Shown here piece after piece: positions 24,833 to 35,471 of a stretch of DNA of 64,000 bases. Position 1 is the stretch's first letter; every line of letters starts with the position of its first letter. The stretch comes from Bacteroidota bacterium (GTDB lineage: Bacteria; Bacteroidota; Bacteroidia; UBA4408), in contig JADKHO010000002.1 of NCBI GenBank assembly GCA_016721765.1, forward strand, positions 151,616 through 215,615, in the 5' to 3' direction. The notes under the pieces were generated by a model. It saw nothing but the letters and a program-made list of their open reading frames with translations. It had not been told where the DNA came from and did not search any database. The position numbers and the translations under genes are program-made.

Positions 24833-27310
24833 TTAAAATTCCAATTGCATTTTTACCCTTACTCCAAATTTTGTAATATCCGGATGATCCAGATAAGAAA
24901 GGCGCCACAGCGCATCCACTCGAAACACTTGAAAAATATTTTCAATTCCAGCACTCACTTCATAATAGGGATAACTAAGTGTATAAAGATGTGTAGGCAG
25001 TTGTAAAATGCGTTCATTCGATGCACTTAAATTCCCAATTAATCCTTTCCCACTCAACACTTCCCGCCAGTTTAGCTTTCGCACCAATGGAATTTTATTA
25101 AACAACAAGCCCTCAAAATGCTGCGATACCGCAACGCTCGCATATTGGTCACTCACAAATTCAAAATAATTCATCGTATTAAAGGTATTGTCATTCAATA
25201 AAAAAGTTTGATTTCCGGGATGCAATTCTAAAATAGGGTAGGGCACACTACCCCATATTTTTCCACCTTCAACCTTATATCTAAACGTTCCTAAAATCCC
25301 CAATTTCACTTTATCCTTAACACTTAAAACCAATTTTTGATAGGCATAATCGCCACCCAACAAACCTTTAACGCTCCAATAAAAATGCGCATCTAAAATA
25401 GGATATTGCGTTCCCAAACTAATGCGCTGAAAATTGCCGCCAATAAAACGTTCGCTATACGCAAATCGCGTATGCAGTGAAAACTCTACTGTAGTAATCT
25501 TCGAAACATTTACCAACTGGCCGAGCGTATTCTCTGCATCGTACTCCAAATCACCCACCGGAATTAACTCCTTGCGTTTAAATTGAAACTTATTTCCAAA
25601 GCCATTAAACCAATCCTTTTCAAAATACACATTCACTTCATGCACTCGATTGTAACTTCTAATTGCCGTTCTGCGCAAGGCCGACGTAATAATATTATCT
25701 TCCTTAAAAACACCTTGGGCCAATCCAAATTGTTCCACATCATCCCGATAACCGGCACTAAGCAAACTCCGAGGAATGCGCTTAAAGTAATAATTCGCCC
25801 TGCCGCCATATTTAAAACTTTTATCATTGGTTCCATAAGCCAAATAGCCATCCACTCCAAAGTGTTTGTCAAATTTTGTATTGGTGCGCGCACTCAATTT
25901 AAAGCGATTACCTTCGAGCGCATTAAAACTATAGGTTGTAAAATAAGGTCCAAAATCAACCACACCCCACGAATTATATCCCTTTACCACATTCATGTAT
26001 AATTTAAACAGCGGAATTTTTGGAATCGAATCCGCAATTGTGTATACATCCTTATCGTGTTGTGAAAGTGAATCATGACGGGCATCCTTCCAATATTCCT
26101 CCTGTTTTGCATAACTACTGTCTTCCATCTCAATGTTATCCGGCTTTGCAAAAAAAGATTCTTCCCTAAATTCATTAATTTTAAAATTACGGTACGAACT
26201 CACTTTACTTCCCACAAAGTGCTGTTTGCGCAACTTATGCGGAACCAATATAGCAGCTTCAAAATTTAATCGATCGGTAGTAAGCATCCACACTTCCTTT
26301 TTTACTTGATTGTATTCTTGCTTAAATTCAAAATTTTGTATGTAGTTAATGTTAGCATCCTTTGCTATTCCAGCTTCCACACGCTTTACAGCAAATGTGG
26401 TGTCATTAATCCATAACTCGCCTGCAAAAGTAAGCTCCTGTTTTCGCTTTGGTTGAAAGGATATTCTATAACAATAACGATTGTCGATATACGCGCTATC
26501 CATCAAGTAATAGCGGTAAAAAGCAAAACCCGCATTCGATATAGGACTCACAAAAGCCCTTCCAAATACCATGATATCGTTGTCGTAAACATTTATGTTT
26601 TGATAGGTATCACCCAATAATCGCGATACACTTTCGTTTTGCATGCCTCCGGTTTTGGTGGCTTTAATTTTTTCCTTTTTCTGATTAGGGTTCCTTCTAA
26701 AATAAAAATCACTCAAAGATTCAGAAATAAATAGCGGCAAAAAATAATCGGTACCAACCGTATCCACATAATTAAATATAAAACGAAAGGGCCGCAGAAA
26801 AATATTCTTACGCAATTTCGATTGAAAATTTTTCATATCGAACTCTATTTTATTATAGACTTCGTATTCATAGGCCTCCAGCTTTGCTTTATTATTCACA
26901 TCTTTATTGGCAAGGGTTGCACGAATAATGCGCCAGGCGGGATTTTCAAAATCTTTGGCATTTACCACCACTTCTTTTAAATCGGTTCCATTGGGTGTAA
27001 GCGCTATGTTCAGTTGCTTTACTTTATCTTTCTTAACAGCAACGGTTTTCCTTTTATAACCTACCAACGAAAAGCTTAACGAATCAGAAGCATAATAGGA
27101 TTCAAGCATATAATTCCCTTCATCGTCCGAAAATGTACCAATCTTTGTTCCTTTAAATGTAACAATCACAAAAGGAATTACCTCATTTGTTTCCGTATCG
27201 CGAATCGTACCATAAATTTTTGTTGTTTGTGCCTCAACGCGAAGTGCAGCTATCAAAACAAGAAAAATACCAAGTCCAATTGTTATGATTTTGCCTTTTG
27301 TTCTGCGCAC
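24833..27310 (-). CDS. carboxypeptidase-regulatory-like plus DUF5686 domain outer-membrane-type protein
   Basis: 825-aa ORF. Signal peptide, then IYGTIRDTETNEVIPFVIVTFKGTKIGTFSDDEGNY (CarbopepD_reg-like), then a long beta-rich body ending in F. Confidence 0.7.
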   Translation of the reverse strand: MRRTKGKIITIGLGIFLVLIAALRVEAQTTKIYGTIRDTETNEVIPFVIVTFKGTKIGTFSDDEGNYMLESYYASDSLSFSLVGYKRKTVAVKKDKVKQLNIALTPNGTDLKEVVVNAKDFENPAWRIIRATLANKDVNNKAKLEAYEYEVYNKIEFDMKNFQSKLRKNIFLRPFRFIFNYVDTVGTDYFLPLFISESLSDFYFRRNPNQKKEKIKATKTGGMQNESVSRLLGDTYQNINVYDNDIMVFGRAFVSPISNAGFAFYRYYLMDSAYIDNRYCYRISFQPKRKQELTFAGELWINDTTFAVKRVEAGIAKDANINYIQNFEFKQEYNQVKKEVWMLTTDRLNFEAAILVPHKLRKQHFVGSKVSSYRNFKINEFREESFFAKPDNIEMEDSSYAKQEEYWKDARHDSLSQHDKDVYTIADSIPKIPLFKLYMNVVKGYNSWGVVDFGPYFTTYSFNALEGNRFKLSARTNTKFDKHFGVDGYLAYGTNDKSFKYGGRANYYFKRIPRSLLSAGYRDDVEQFGLAQGVFKEDNIITSALRRTAIRSYNRVHEVNVYFEKDWFNGFGNKFQFKRKELIPVGDLEYDAENTLGQLVNVSKITTVEFSLHTRFAYSERFIGGNFQRISLGTQYPILDAHFYWSVKGLLGGDYAYQKLVLSVKDKVKLGILGTFRYKVEGGKIWGSVPYPILELHPGNQTFLLNDNTFNTMNYFEFVSDQYASVAVSQHFEGLLFNKIPLVRKLNWREVLSGKGLIGNLSASNERILQLPTHLYTLSYPYYEVSAGIENIFQVFRVDALWRLSYLDHPDITKFGVRVKMQLEF

Positions 27311-28968
27311 TTTTTTAATTGGTCTTGGATGTGTTTTACTTCCTTCTTCAATGGAATTTCTTTGCTTAACGCGATGTTATATTGCGCTTGTGCTGAAACA
27401 TAATTTTTCGATTTTAAATAATAATCACCTAAAAGCGAATACACTTCAAACTGCTCCGGATTACTCGCAACAAAGGCCTTTTCCATTTTCGCACTGAGCT
27501 TCTTTCCATAATTTATACAATCGCTCACATAGTGTGAAATTACTTTATAATTCAAAAAATTACGATACGCTTGCGAATATAAAAATGAGTCTGCCGGAAG
27601 CGTTAAGTCGTTTTCACAAATTTCCCTTTTTTCTTTTAAACCTGCATAGGTTGCGAATATCTTATGTATATCATAACAGCGATATGCTCCTAACTGATAG
27701 TGATTAGTGCTCACCCAAATCAATCGCTTAGCCGGTTCCATAATTACCGAATGATGAGCAATAAGTTGATTAATAGATTTCTCATTCGCCATTCCAATAT
27801 CTCTTCCCTTTAATCCTGCTCTGTTTCGCAAAATTTCAGCAACTTCCTTTGCACCTATCTTAGGATACTGCGATATTAATTCATCCATCCGCTGGTAGCG
27901 ATACATGGAGGAGGAAGTGTTCTTATTTTCAATGTTCACAGCATCTGCTGCAAAGACACTGCTTTGAAAATTATTGGCGCAAATAATGTAATTATTAGTC
28001 GATTCAAACAATCCAATTTTTGTTGGCGATTTCTCTAAAATACTGGTATGCCCATCTTTCACCGAACCTAGCAAAATACTCTCCGAAACAAATGTCTTAC
28101 GCTTTTCTGCAATAGCTTGTGCCTCCTTAATCGTGGAGGCATATTGCAAAATTTCACGAGCCACCAAAGATATAGGCGTGGCTGAACCACTTGGTATATC
28201 TGATTTAGAAGCATTAATAGTAACTGTAAGTCCTTGGTCATTCATCCCTGATACAGCTCCAACAAAACCTCCCCATGTAATGAATACAAATTTATTTCCA
28301 TGTATCGGATTGTAAAAACAAACAACCTTATCTTGGGCAAACTCATCGCCAACATAAAAATCAAAATTTCGTCCTACAATTATACTACTATCCGCACTCT
28401 TTGCATCCCAGGCCGAAAAGGAAGTGCATCCAACAACCATATTCTTGTCTTGCAATGCATGTCCAATATCGTGCGCAGCATGGTAATTTAAGCTGCGTTG
28501 ATACTTAGATCCAATAAAATCATACCTATCATTTAACGAATTTGAAACACCATATATTTCTTGTTTGTATTCTTCCGTTACATAAGCATCCAAATCACGG
28601 TTAAACCAAGCAATAGCATATTTTAAATAATTCAAATAGGTTTGAGAGGGGATAAGTTTTTTGAGTTGATGAATAAAATAATCCTCTTGCAATTGAACTA
28701 AATCCTTTGCTAATTTTCCATTAATGGTGCCGCGTTCAAAGGGATCCTCAGCTTCCACATACATCTCCCACAATCCACTGTTACTCTTTTTTATCCAACT
28801 ATTTCCCAAAGTATAAAAATCGGTATCCATTTTAGTTCGCTGCAACGACATAGCCGCAAGGGATTTGGGAACAGGTGGATCGATAGTGGCAACAGAAATA
28901 AAATAGAAAACCAAGAGCAAAATCAATAACACAATCCCGCCAAGGGTAAAGAGTAAAATTTTTTTCAT
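27283..28968 (-). CDS. C45-family peptidase / acyl-CoA:6-APA acyltransferase-like protein with C-terminal TPR-like region
   Basis: 561-aa ORF. N-terminal TM helix and a GCTSFSAW nucleophile-type motif. Overlaps the downstream gene by 28 nt. Confidence 0.6.
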   Translation of the reverse strand: MKKILLFTLGGIVLLILLLVFYFISVATIDPPVPKSLAAMSLQRTKMDTDFYTLGNSWIKKSNSGLWEMYVEAEDPFERGTINGKLAKDLVQLQEDYFIHQLKKLIPSQTYLNYLKYAIAWFNRDLDAYVTEEYKQEIYGVSNSLNDRYDFIGSKYQRSLNYHAAHDIGHALQDKNMVVGCTSFSAWDAKSADSSIIVGRNFDFYVGDEFAQDKVVCFYNPIHGNKFVFITWGGFVGAVSGMNDQGLTVTINASKSDIPSGSATPISLVAREILQYASTIKEAQAIAEKRKTFVSESILLGSVKDGHTSILEKSPTKIGLFESTNNYIICANNFQSSVFAADAVNIENKNTSSSMYRYQRMDELISQYPKIGAKEVAEILRNRAGLKGRDIGMANEKSINQLIAHHSVIMEPAKRLIWVSTNHYQLGAYRCYDIHKIFATYAGLKEKREICENDLTLPADSFLYSQAYRNFLNYKVISHYVSDCINYGKKLSAKMEKAFVASNPEQFEVYSLLGDYYLKSKNYVSAQAQYNIALSKEIPLKKEVKHIQDQLKKCAEQKAKS

Positions 28969-29172
28969 AACATTTTATGCGAACCCATTGAATAGAGTCT
29001 AAAATGGCTCGGGAAAGCACAAATGTAAGGATTCGCTGCTTCAAAAAACTGAAAACATGAAACCGAATGCTCAAAAATTGATAAAATACATACCGCTAAA
29101 GAAGGCTAACGCAATAAAAAACTTCCACAACCTTGTTCCTGATTTTATATATTAGCAATAAATATTTTTAAC

Positions 29173-29838
29173 ATGAAAACAAATTGGAATGTAGCAGTAG
29201 CGCCATTGCTAAAAGAATACGCTAAAAGGAAGCATCCGTTGGAGTATAATTCCATTTACGAATTAATTGTCATGGTTGTACTTTCCGCACAAAGCACCGA
29301 TAAAATTGTGAATACAATTGCTCCTCAATTATTTCAGGCATTTCCTAACATGGAGGCCCTTTCGCGATGCGATGTGGAAACGCTTATTCCTTACATTACC
29401 AAAGTTCGAAATTTTAGAAATAAGGCCAATTGGTTAATAAAGATTGCAGGTCAAGTTAAGCAAGATAAAAATATCCCAAAAGCTATGGACGAATTAGTAA
29501 AACTTCCGGGAATTGGCCGTAAATCTGCCAACGTAATTATGCGCGAAGCAAAAGCTAAGGCGGTTGGTGTGATAGTCGATTTGCATGTACTTCGTGTTGC
29601 CCCTCGTTTAGGTATTGCAAGCCAAGCCAACAGCGAAGATGCTACAAAAATGGAAAAGGAACTCATGTCAGCTGTCGATCAAAAACACTGGGGAGAGCTT
29701 GGAATGGCTATTTCCTTCTTAGGAAGAGAAATCTGTCGCCCAAGCGACCCTTTGCACAGTAAATGCGTGATGAATAAAGTTTGCAACTATTACACAAAAT
29801 CAAAAACCAAATCTAAACCGAAAGCAAAAAAGAAATAG
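29173..29838 (+). CDS. nth: endonuclease III
   Basis: 221-aa ORF. HhH-GPD motif LPGIGRKSANVIM and a C-terminal 4-Cys cluster C..........C..C. Confidence 0.85.
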   Translation: MKTNWNVAVAPLLKEYAKRKHPLEYNSIYELIVMVVLSAQSTDKIVNTIAPQLFQAFPNMEALSRCDVETLIPYITKVRNFRNKANWLIKIAGQVKQDKNIPKAMDELVKLPGIGRKSANVIMREAKAKAVGVIVDLHVLRVAPRLGIASQANSEDATKMEKELMSAVDQKHWGELGMAISFLGREICRPSDPLHSKCVMNKVCNYYTKSKTKSKPKAKKK

Positions 29839-30003
29839 GTAACAATGCTATTTTATCCGCAAGAAACATTCTAAAGACTTTCTGCTTTCATAAAAATGGA
29901 ACAGCGGCCAATATTAAATTTTAGTTAAGAAATACCTAATTTTACTTGACTTTTAAAATCTATTTCTTATTTTGAGTTCAAAATTTATTAAATAAGTACG
30001 CAA

Positions 30004-30294
30004 ATGACTAAAAAAGAACGTAAAGAACTGGAAGAAAAAATGATTGTTGCGATAACTGAAACAGTAAAATTGCACGGTCTAAAATCAACTGCTACATTTC
30101 TTAAAAGCGTTAAAAAGCACAGCAAAGTTATTGCTAAAAAATTAATGAAGGAACTTGCAGATAAAGCGAATCCACCGGCTGTTTCAGCCAATTCCGCCAA
30201 AAGGGGCGTCACCAAAAAAAGTGTAAAGTCTTCCAACTTAAAAGCTCCTGCCAGCAAAAAATCTCCTTCTTTAAGGAGAAAATCAAATGCTTAA
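30004..30294 (+). CDS. lysine-rich histone-H1-like small protein
   Basis: 96-aa ORF. The C-terminal half, KRGVTKKSVKSSNLKAPASKKSPSLRRKS, is highly basic. Lies 6 nt upstream of ppk1. Confidence 0.5.
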   Translation: MTKKERKELEEKMIVAITETVKLHGLKSTATFLKSVKKHSKVIAKKLMKELADKANPPAVSANSAKRGVTKKSVKSSNLKAPASKKSPSLRRKSNA

Positions 30295-30300
30295 TTTTTT

Positions 30301-32355
30301 ATGAACAAACAAAGTTTACCACTTATAAACCGCGAAATAAGTTGGCTATCATTTAATGCAAGAGTACTTCAAGAGGCCAACGATCCCAGCGTACCACTAT
30401 TAGAACGATTAAAATTTTTAGGTATTTTTTCCAGCAATCGCGACGAATTCTTTAGAGTTCGCGTGGCAACGGTGCGCCGCATAATAAAAATTGGAGCCAA
30501 ACCCAAAGAATTTGCAGGCGAAACACCCAAAGTGCTGATGGATAAAATCATGAAAGTGATAGCTCAACAGCAAGATGAGTTTGAAGCAACCTATGAAAAA
30601 CTGCTCGGGGAATTGGTGCACAACAATATTTTTATCATCAACGAAAAGCAACTCAATCCCGAACAAGGCGCTTTTGTGAAAGCCTACTTCAAAGAAAATG
30701 TGCTTCCCTTTCTTTTTCCAATTATGCTCGATAATGTGGTGGAGTTTCCATGGCTAAAAGACAGGGCAATTTATCTCATCATTAAACTCGTAAGTCCAAT
30801 TAAAAAAGACAAATTGGCCTTGGTAGAAATTCCTTCTGATAAAATTTCTCGCTTTTTGGTTTTACCAAAAGAAAATAAACATGTGATATTACTCGACGAC
30901 GTGATACGTTATTGTTTGAAAGATATGTTCTTTCATTTCAATTACGATTTTGCTGAAGCCTATGCCATTAAAATGACACGCGATGCCGAACTCAATATCG
31001 AAAACGATGTTTCCAAAAGTTTGGTTAAGAAAATATCCGAAAGCGTGAAGCTTCGCAAAAAGGGCGACCCTGTGCGTTTAGAGGTGGATGAAGCCATTTC
31101 GCCTGATATCCTGCGTTTTATCGGCAAAAAAATTAAGATCCTAAAAAATGAAAATTTCATCAAAGGTGGACGTTATCACAATACGGTTGATTTTATAAAT
31201 TTTCCAAAAATAGGCAGCAGCGAATTGCGCTATAAATTTCCACCCGCACTCGAACACCCCGATTTTAAAGACAATCAGAGCATCATGAAAGTGATACGGC
31301 AAAAGGATATCTTGCTAAGCTATCCCTATCAATCCTATCACCCCATCATCGATTTGTTGCGCGAAGCATCTATCGATCCTAAAGTAAAATCCATACAAAT
31401 TACACTGTACAGAGTAGCCCGCAATTCGAATATTGTGAATGCCTTAATCAATGCCATTAAAAACGGTAAACAAGTTACGGCAATTGTAGAATTGCAAGCC
31501 CGTTTTGACGAAGAACAAAATATATTTTGGAGCAATCGCTTGCAGGAAGAAGGAGCAAGAGTAATTTACGGTGTGCCCGGATTAAAAGCGCATACCAAGC
31601 TTTTCCTCATTGAACGCGAAGAAAACGGCTTGCCAAAATATTATGCCCACATTGGAACCGGAAACTTTAATGAAGACACGTCAAAATTTTATTGCGACCA
31701 CAGTTTACTCACTACGAATAAAAAAATTACGCAAGATGTAGTGGAAGTATTCAATTTTTACAGCGATAATTACAAAGCCGGCACTTACAAGGAATTGCTC
31801 GTTTCTCCCTTTAATATGCGTAAAAAGCTGGTTGCGCTTATTGATAGAGAAATTAAGGCTGCCAAAGAAAAAAAGGAAGCTTGGATTTTCTTAAAAATGA
31901 ATAACCTCGTGGATGAAGCAATGATTAAAAAATTGTACGATGCGAGTAAAGCGGGAGTAAAAATCCGCCTTATTATTCGAAGCACCTGTTCGCTGGTAGC
32001 AGGAAAAAAAGGCTTAAGCGAAAATATTGAAGCGGTAAGTATCGTCGATAAATATTTAGAACACAGTCGTGTTTTTATTTTTTGCAATAGGGGAGAAGCT
32101 AAGTACTACATCGCTTCCGCGGATATTATGACACGTAATTTAGACCATCGCAGCGAGGTAGCCACACCAATTTTTGACACTGAAATTCAGCAAGAGCTAA
32201 AACAAATATTAGAAATTCAATGGGCTGGAAATACCAAAGCACGTATTCTTAATTCCACTCAGGACAACGTATACAAAAAAGGCGACCCTAAAAATAAAGT
32301 TAGGGCACAAGATGAAATTTACACCTATTTAAAAAACAAAAAAAGTAACAATTAA
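30301..32355 (+). CDS. ppk1: polyphosphate kinase 1
   Basis: 684-aa ORF. INREISWLSFNARVLQEA N-terminus and two PLD-like HxK regions (HTKL, HSRV). Confidence 0.9.
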   Translation: MNKQSLPLINREISWLSFNARVLQEANDPSVPLLERLKFLGIFSSNRDEFFRVRVATVRRIIKIGAKPKEFAGETPKVLMDKIMKVIAQQQDEFEATYEKLLGELVHNNIFIINEKQLNPEQGAFVKAYFKENVLPFLFPIMLDNVVEFPWLKDRAIYLIIKLVSPIKKDKLALVEIPSDKISRFLVLPKENKHVILLDDVIRYCLKDMFFHFNYDFAEAYAIKMTRDAELNIENDVSKSLVKKISESVKLRKKGDPVRLEVDEAISPDILRFIGKKIKILKNENFIKGGRYHNTVDFINFPKIGSSELRYKFPPALEHPDFKDNQSIMKVIRQKDILLSYPYQSYHPIIDLLREASIDPKVKSIQITLYRVARNSNIVNALINAIKNGKQVTAIVELQARFDEEQNIFWSNRLQEEGARVIYGVPGLKAHTKLFLIEREENGLPKYYAHIGTGNFNEDTSKFYCDHSLLTTNKKITQDVVEVFNFYSDNYKAGTYKELLVSPFNMRKKLVALIDREIKAAKEKKEAWIFLKMNNLVDEAMIKKLYDASKAGVKIRLIIRSTCSLVAGKKGLSENIEAVSIVDKYLEHSRVFIFCNRGEAKYYIASADIMTRNLDHRSEVATPIFDTEIQQELKQILEIQWAGNTKARILNSTQDNVYKKGDPKNKVRAQDEIYTYLKNKKSNN

Positions 32356-33245
32356 TGAAATTTGCATCTATCGATATTGGGTCTAATGCTGTGCGGCTTT
32401 TGCTTTGTTCAGTTATGGAAGATGGGGGAGAAGTACTCTTTAAAAAAAATGAATTGGTGCGCATTCCCATTCGATTAGGTGAAGATGCATTTGTTGAAAA
32501 ATTTATAAGCGAAGAAAAAATCAGAAGCCTTGTAAAAACCATGCAAGCTTTTCGATTGCTCATGGAAGTTTTTGGTGCAGTCGATTACCGCGCCTGCGCC
32601 ACCAGTGCCATGCGTGAAGCCGGTAACGGAAATGAAATTATCGAACGTGTAAGGAGGGAAGCAGGTATCAACATCGAAATAATTCACGGTAAAATTGAAG
32701 CTGAAATTATTTATTCAAACCATATTGCCGAACACTTAGACCATGATTCTTCTTATTTATACATTGATGTCGGTGGCGGAAGTACAGAATTAACACTCTT
32801 TTCGGAAGGCAAAATAGTCTTTTCGCAATCCTTTAATATAGGTACCATCCGCTTGCTGCACGAAACAGTGAGCAAGGAACATTGGAGCGATTTTAAGGAA
32901 ACGGTCCGCAACATCACTAAAAATTATCGCCCTTTAAAAGCAATCGGTTCGGGTGGAAACATCAATAAAATTTACAAAACACTCAAGAAAAAAGAAGGCA
33001 AAAGTTTGCAATACGATAAAATTAAAGAGTATAGTGAATACCTTAATTCCTTTACAGTTGAACAACGCATAACCAAACTTGGACTTAATCCCGATCGCGC
33101 TGATGTTATTCTTCCCGCTTCCAAAATATTTCTTAGCGTAATGAAAAATGCCGGCATCGACGAAATAATCGTTCCTCAAATTGGATTATCCGACGGCATC
33201 GTACACCTGCTCTACGAAAAATACCTAAGAGAAAAAGTGATGTAA
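32355..33245 (+). CDS. ppx: exopolyphosphatase (Ppx/GppA family)
   Basis: 296-aa ORF. ASIDIGSNAVRLL and DVGGGSTEL actin-fold motifs. Its ATG overlaps the ppk1 stop (TAATG). Confidence 0.8.
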   Translation: MKFASIDIGSNAVRLLLCSVMEDGGEVLFKKNELVRIPIRLGEDAFVEKFISEEKIRSLVKTMQAFRLLMEVFGAVDYRACATSAMREAGNGNEIIERVRREAGINIEIIHGKIEAEIIYSNHIAEHLDHDSSYLYIDVGGGSTELTLFSEGKIVFSQSFNIGTIRLLHETVSKEHWSDFKETVRNITKNYRPLKAIGSGGNINKIYKTLKKKEGKSLQYDKIKEYSEYLNSFTVEQRITKLGLNPDRADVILPASKIFLSVMKNAGIDEIIVPQIGLSDGIVHLLYEKYLREKVM

Positions 33246-33252
33246 TCCGCAT

Positions 33253-33290
33253 CTTTACTATGTGCCCTTTGCTCCTATGTGTTTAACACC
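33253..33290. repeat. CTATG-type short repeat, second locus
   Basis: The sequence is CTTTACTATGTGCCCTTTGCTCCTATGTGTTTAACACC, between convergent genes. Shares a 15-mer with 19274-19288. Confidence 0.65.
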
Positions 33291-33323
33291 AACCACCATA
33301 AAAATCCAAACTCATAATTCTTC

Positions 33324-35471
33324 CTAATGACAAATCACTAATTTCTGGCAGAGTAAATAATTGTCCTCAAGGCATTTCACAACATAAAATCCATTCGCAA
33401 ATTGCTTAGTATCAATTTCAAGCTGAGCCAATGAAGTGGCTATTGAATAAATAAGTTCTCCCTCATTATTTCTAATTTCAATCGCTTTAAACTTGCCATT
33501 ATTATTAAGATTCAGCTTTACTTTTTCCTTAGCGGGATTAGGATAAATCGCAAAAAGGGTATTCGAAGAATTTATTTTAGGAACATCAACAGTGATTGTT
33601 GCTACCGGCCTTTTCCAAACTCCGCCCCAAGCGGTTCCTACAAATAAATCACCATTCATGATCGCCATGCTTGATACATTCGAATTAAAAAGATTATCGC
33701 GAATGCTGGTCCAATTCGCTCCATAGTCGCGCGAGATTAAAATTTCTCCATAGGGATCTTCTCCTTGCCCCATACCTGCAAATAAATCCGTACCGTATTG
33801 ATAAAATTTGTTCACTCTTCCAAATGGCATTCCTACTCCACTAATATTCCACGTTACGCCATTATCGGTTGACGCATACAATTGAAATCCTGCAGAAAGT
33901 AAAATGTTCGTGCCTGAAACAATGAGTTTATCAGCACTTGAAAATGCGCCAAGATTTAAAGCAGCACTATTATCTGTCCAACTGGTTCCGCCGTTATCTG
34001 AATAGTAAAGTCGTGCATCATAACTAGCTGTCTTCCCACAAACAATGATGCGTGTTCCGCTTTTTACAATCGAATTTAACTCCGTACCGGCAGGTATTCC
34101 TGTATTTGACGGAAGCCAATTGCCAAAGCTGGTTGTACTTTTATAAACACCCATAGTTGTTGCTGCAAATAAATCAGTTCCATCCAATAAAAATTGTTGT
34201 ACATCGCATCCAATTGGAATACCCGGACTGCAATTCACCCATGTATTTCCATTATTACTGCTTCTGTACATTTTTGAATATCCTCCCTCAACTATGTCTG
34301 CGCCCACTTTAATAATATCATTGGCAAAAAACAAATCGTTTACAATTGGGCTGGGTATCCGGGTGTAGGTTAATCCTGCATCCGAAGTAATAAACATATC
34401 TCTATCGTAAGTGCTTGCAAATAAATTATTCCCATCAGGAAACAACGACACAGTGCGTGAATTAGCATAACCATAATTAGATTCATTCCATGTTGCTCCA
34501 TTAGTAATACTTCGCTGAACCCCAATACCAAAGAAACTGGATATGCTTATAAATGCAGTTCCATTGTAGCACAATCGCTGATACTTCGTATTCACACTGC
34601 CGGAGAAATTAGTAAAGTTCAATCCATTATCAATTGTTAGATAAATATGTGGCTCTGTTATCACATATAAATTCCCATTCAATGCGTATAAATCTTCAAT
34701 AGAATTATTATTTCCAATGGCTGGCATTAAACTCCAATGTATTCCACCATCCACCGATTTATACAACTCATTGCTGTATTGATGCACTAACCATAAAGTG
34801 CTTCCGGTTGAAACCATATTTACAATTATATCCTGCTGGCTTATTCCAATCGATGCTTTCGTCCAAGTAGTTGCAGCGGCCGAAGTTTTATACAATCCGG
34901 AATCTTGAAAGTTTACAAATAAATCATTCCCAATCACATGTATGTCATAAATTGCCGGATAAATAGTTCCTAGCACCGATGCTGTTGGCAAGGTATCCCA
35001 ATTAATACCTAAATCATCGCTATACAATAAACCATCCGAATTTGTGGCAACAAAGATCCTATTTCCAATATGCTCTAATCCGGTTCCGTTCGTAAAGGAA
35101 AGTGCATTTTCAGTCCAGGTTTGTGCATGATCAGTCGATTGGTACAAGCGCTTCATAAAGGATGAAGTACCCATCATAAATATACTCTGACCAACGGTAT
35201 CTATATCATCTACCGTCAAACTATGTTGATTAATCCCGTTTATGCGCTGTTCCCAAGTTTGACCATCATCAGTAGAAACAAAAATTCCACCGCCAATGGT
35301 GCCACTGATAAACATTCCCGAATTATCCACCATGACTTTTTTTGATATTCCTGCGGCAGGCCCTTTTGTTTGCAGCCATTGCGCCATAAGATGCAGGTTG
35401 CAACTTAAAAGAATGATTAATACCAAGTTCAATTTAATGAAGTGTGGTTTGTAGATTTTTTTCATGTTCAA
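33324..35471 (-). CDS. T9SS-secreted BNR/sortilin-Vps10-type beta-propeller repeat protein
   Basis: 715-aa ORF. At least eight S-x-D-x-G-x-T-W motifs (STDDGQTW, SVDGGIHW, SSNNGNTW, SDNGGTSW, STDNGVTW, SRDYGANW and others). C-terminus IYPNPAKEKVKL...NGFYVVK is a type-A sorting domain. Confidence 0.8.
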   Translation of the reverse strand: MNMKKIYKPHFIKLNLVLIILLSCNLHLMAQWLQTKGPAAGISKKVMVDNSGMFISGTIGGGIFVSTDDGQTWEQRINGINQHSLTVDDIDTVGQSIFMMGTSSFMKRLYQSTDHAQTWTENALSFTNGTGLEHIGNRIFVATNSDGLLYSDDLGINWDTLPTASVLGTIYPAIYDIHVIGNDLFVNFQDSGLYKTSAAATTWTKASIGISQQDIIVNMVSTGSTLWLVHQYSNELYKSVDGGIHWSLMPAIGNNNSIEDLYALNGNLYVITEPHIYLTIDNGLNFTNFSGSVNTKYQRLCYNGTAFISISSFFGIGVQRSITNGATWNESNYGYANSRTVSLFPDGNNLFASTYDRDMFITSDAGLTYTRIPSPIVNDLFFANDIIKVGADIVEGGYSKMYRSSNNGNTWVNCSPGIPIGCDVQQFLLDGTDLFAATTMGVYKSTTSFGNWLPSNTGIPAGTELNSIVKSGTRIIVCGKTASYDARLYYSDNGGTSWTDNSAALNLGAFSSADKLIVSGTNILLSAGFQLYASTDNGVTWNISGVGMPFGRVNKFYQYGTDLFAGMGQGEDPYGEILISRDYGANWTSIRDNLFNSNVSSMAIMNGDLFVGTAWGGVWKRPVATITVDVPKINSSNTLFAIYPNPAKEKVKLNLNNNGKFKAIEIRNNEGELIYSIATSLAQLEIDTKQFANGFYVVKCLEDNYLLCQKLVICH

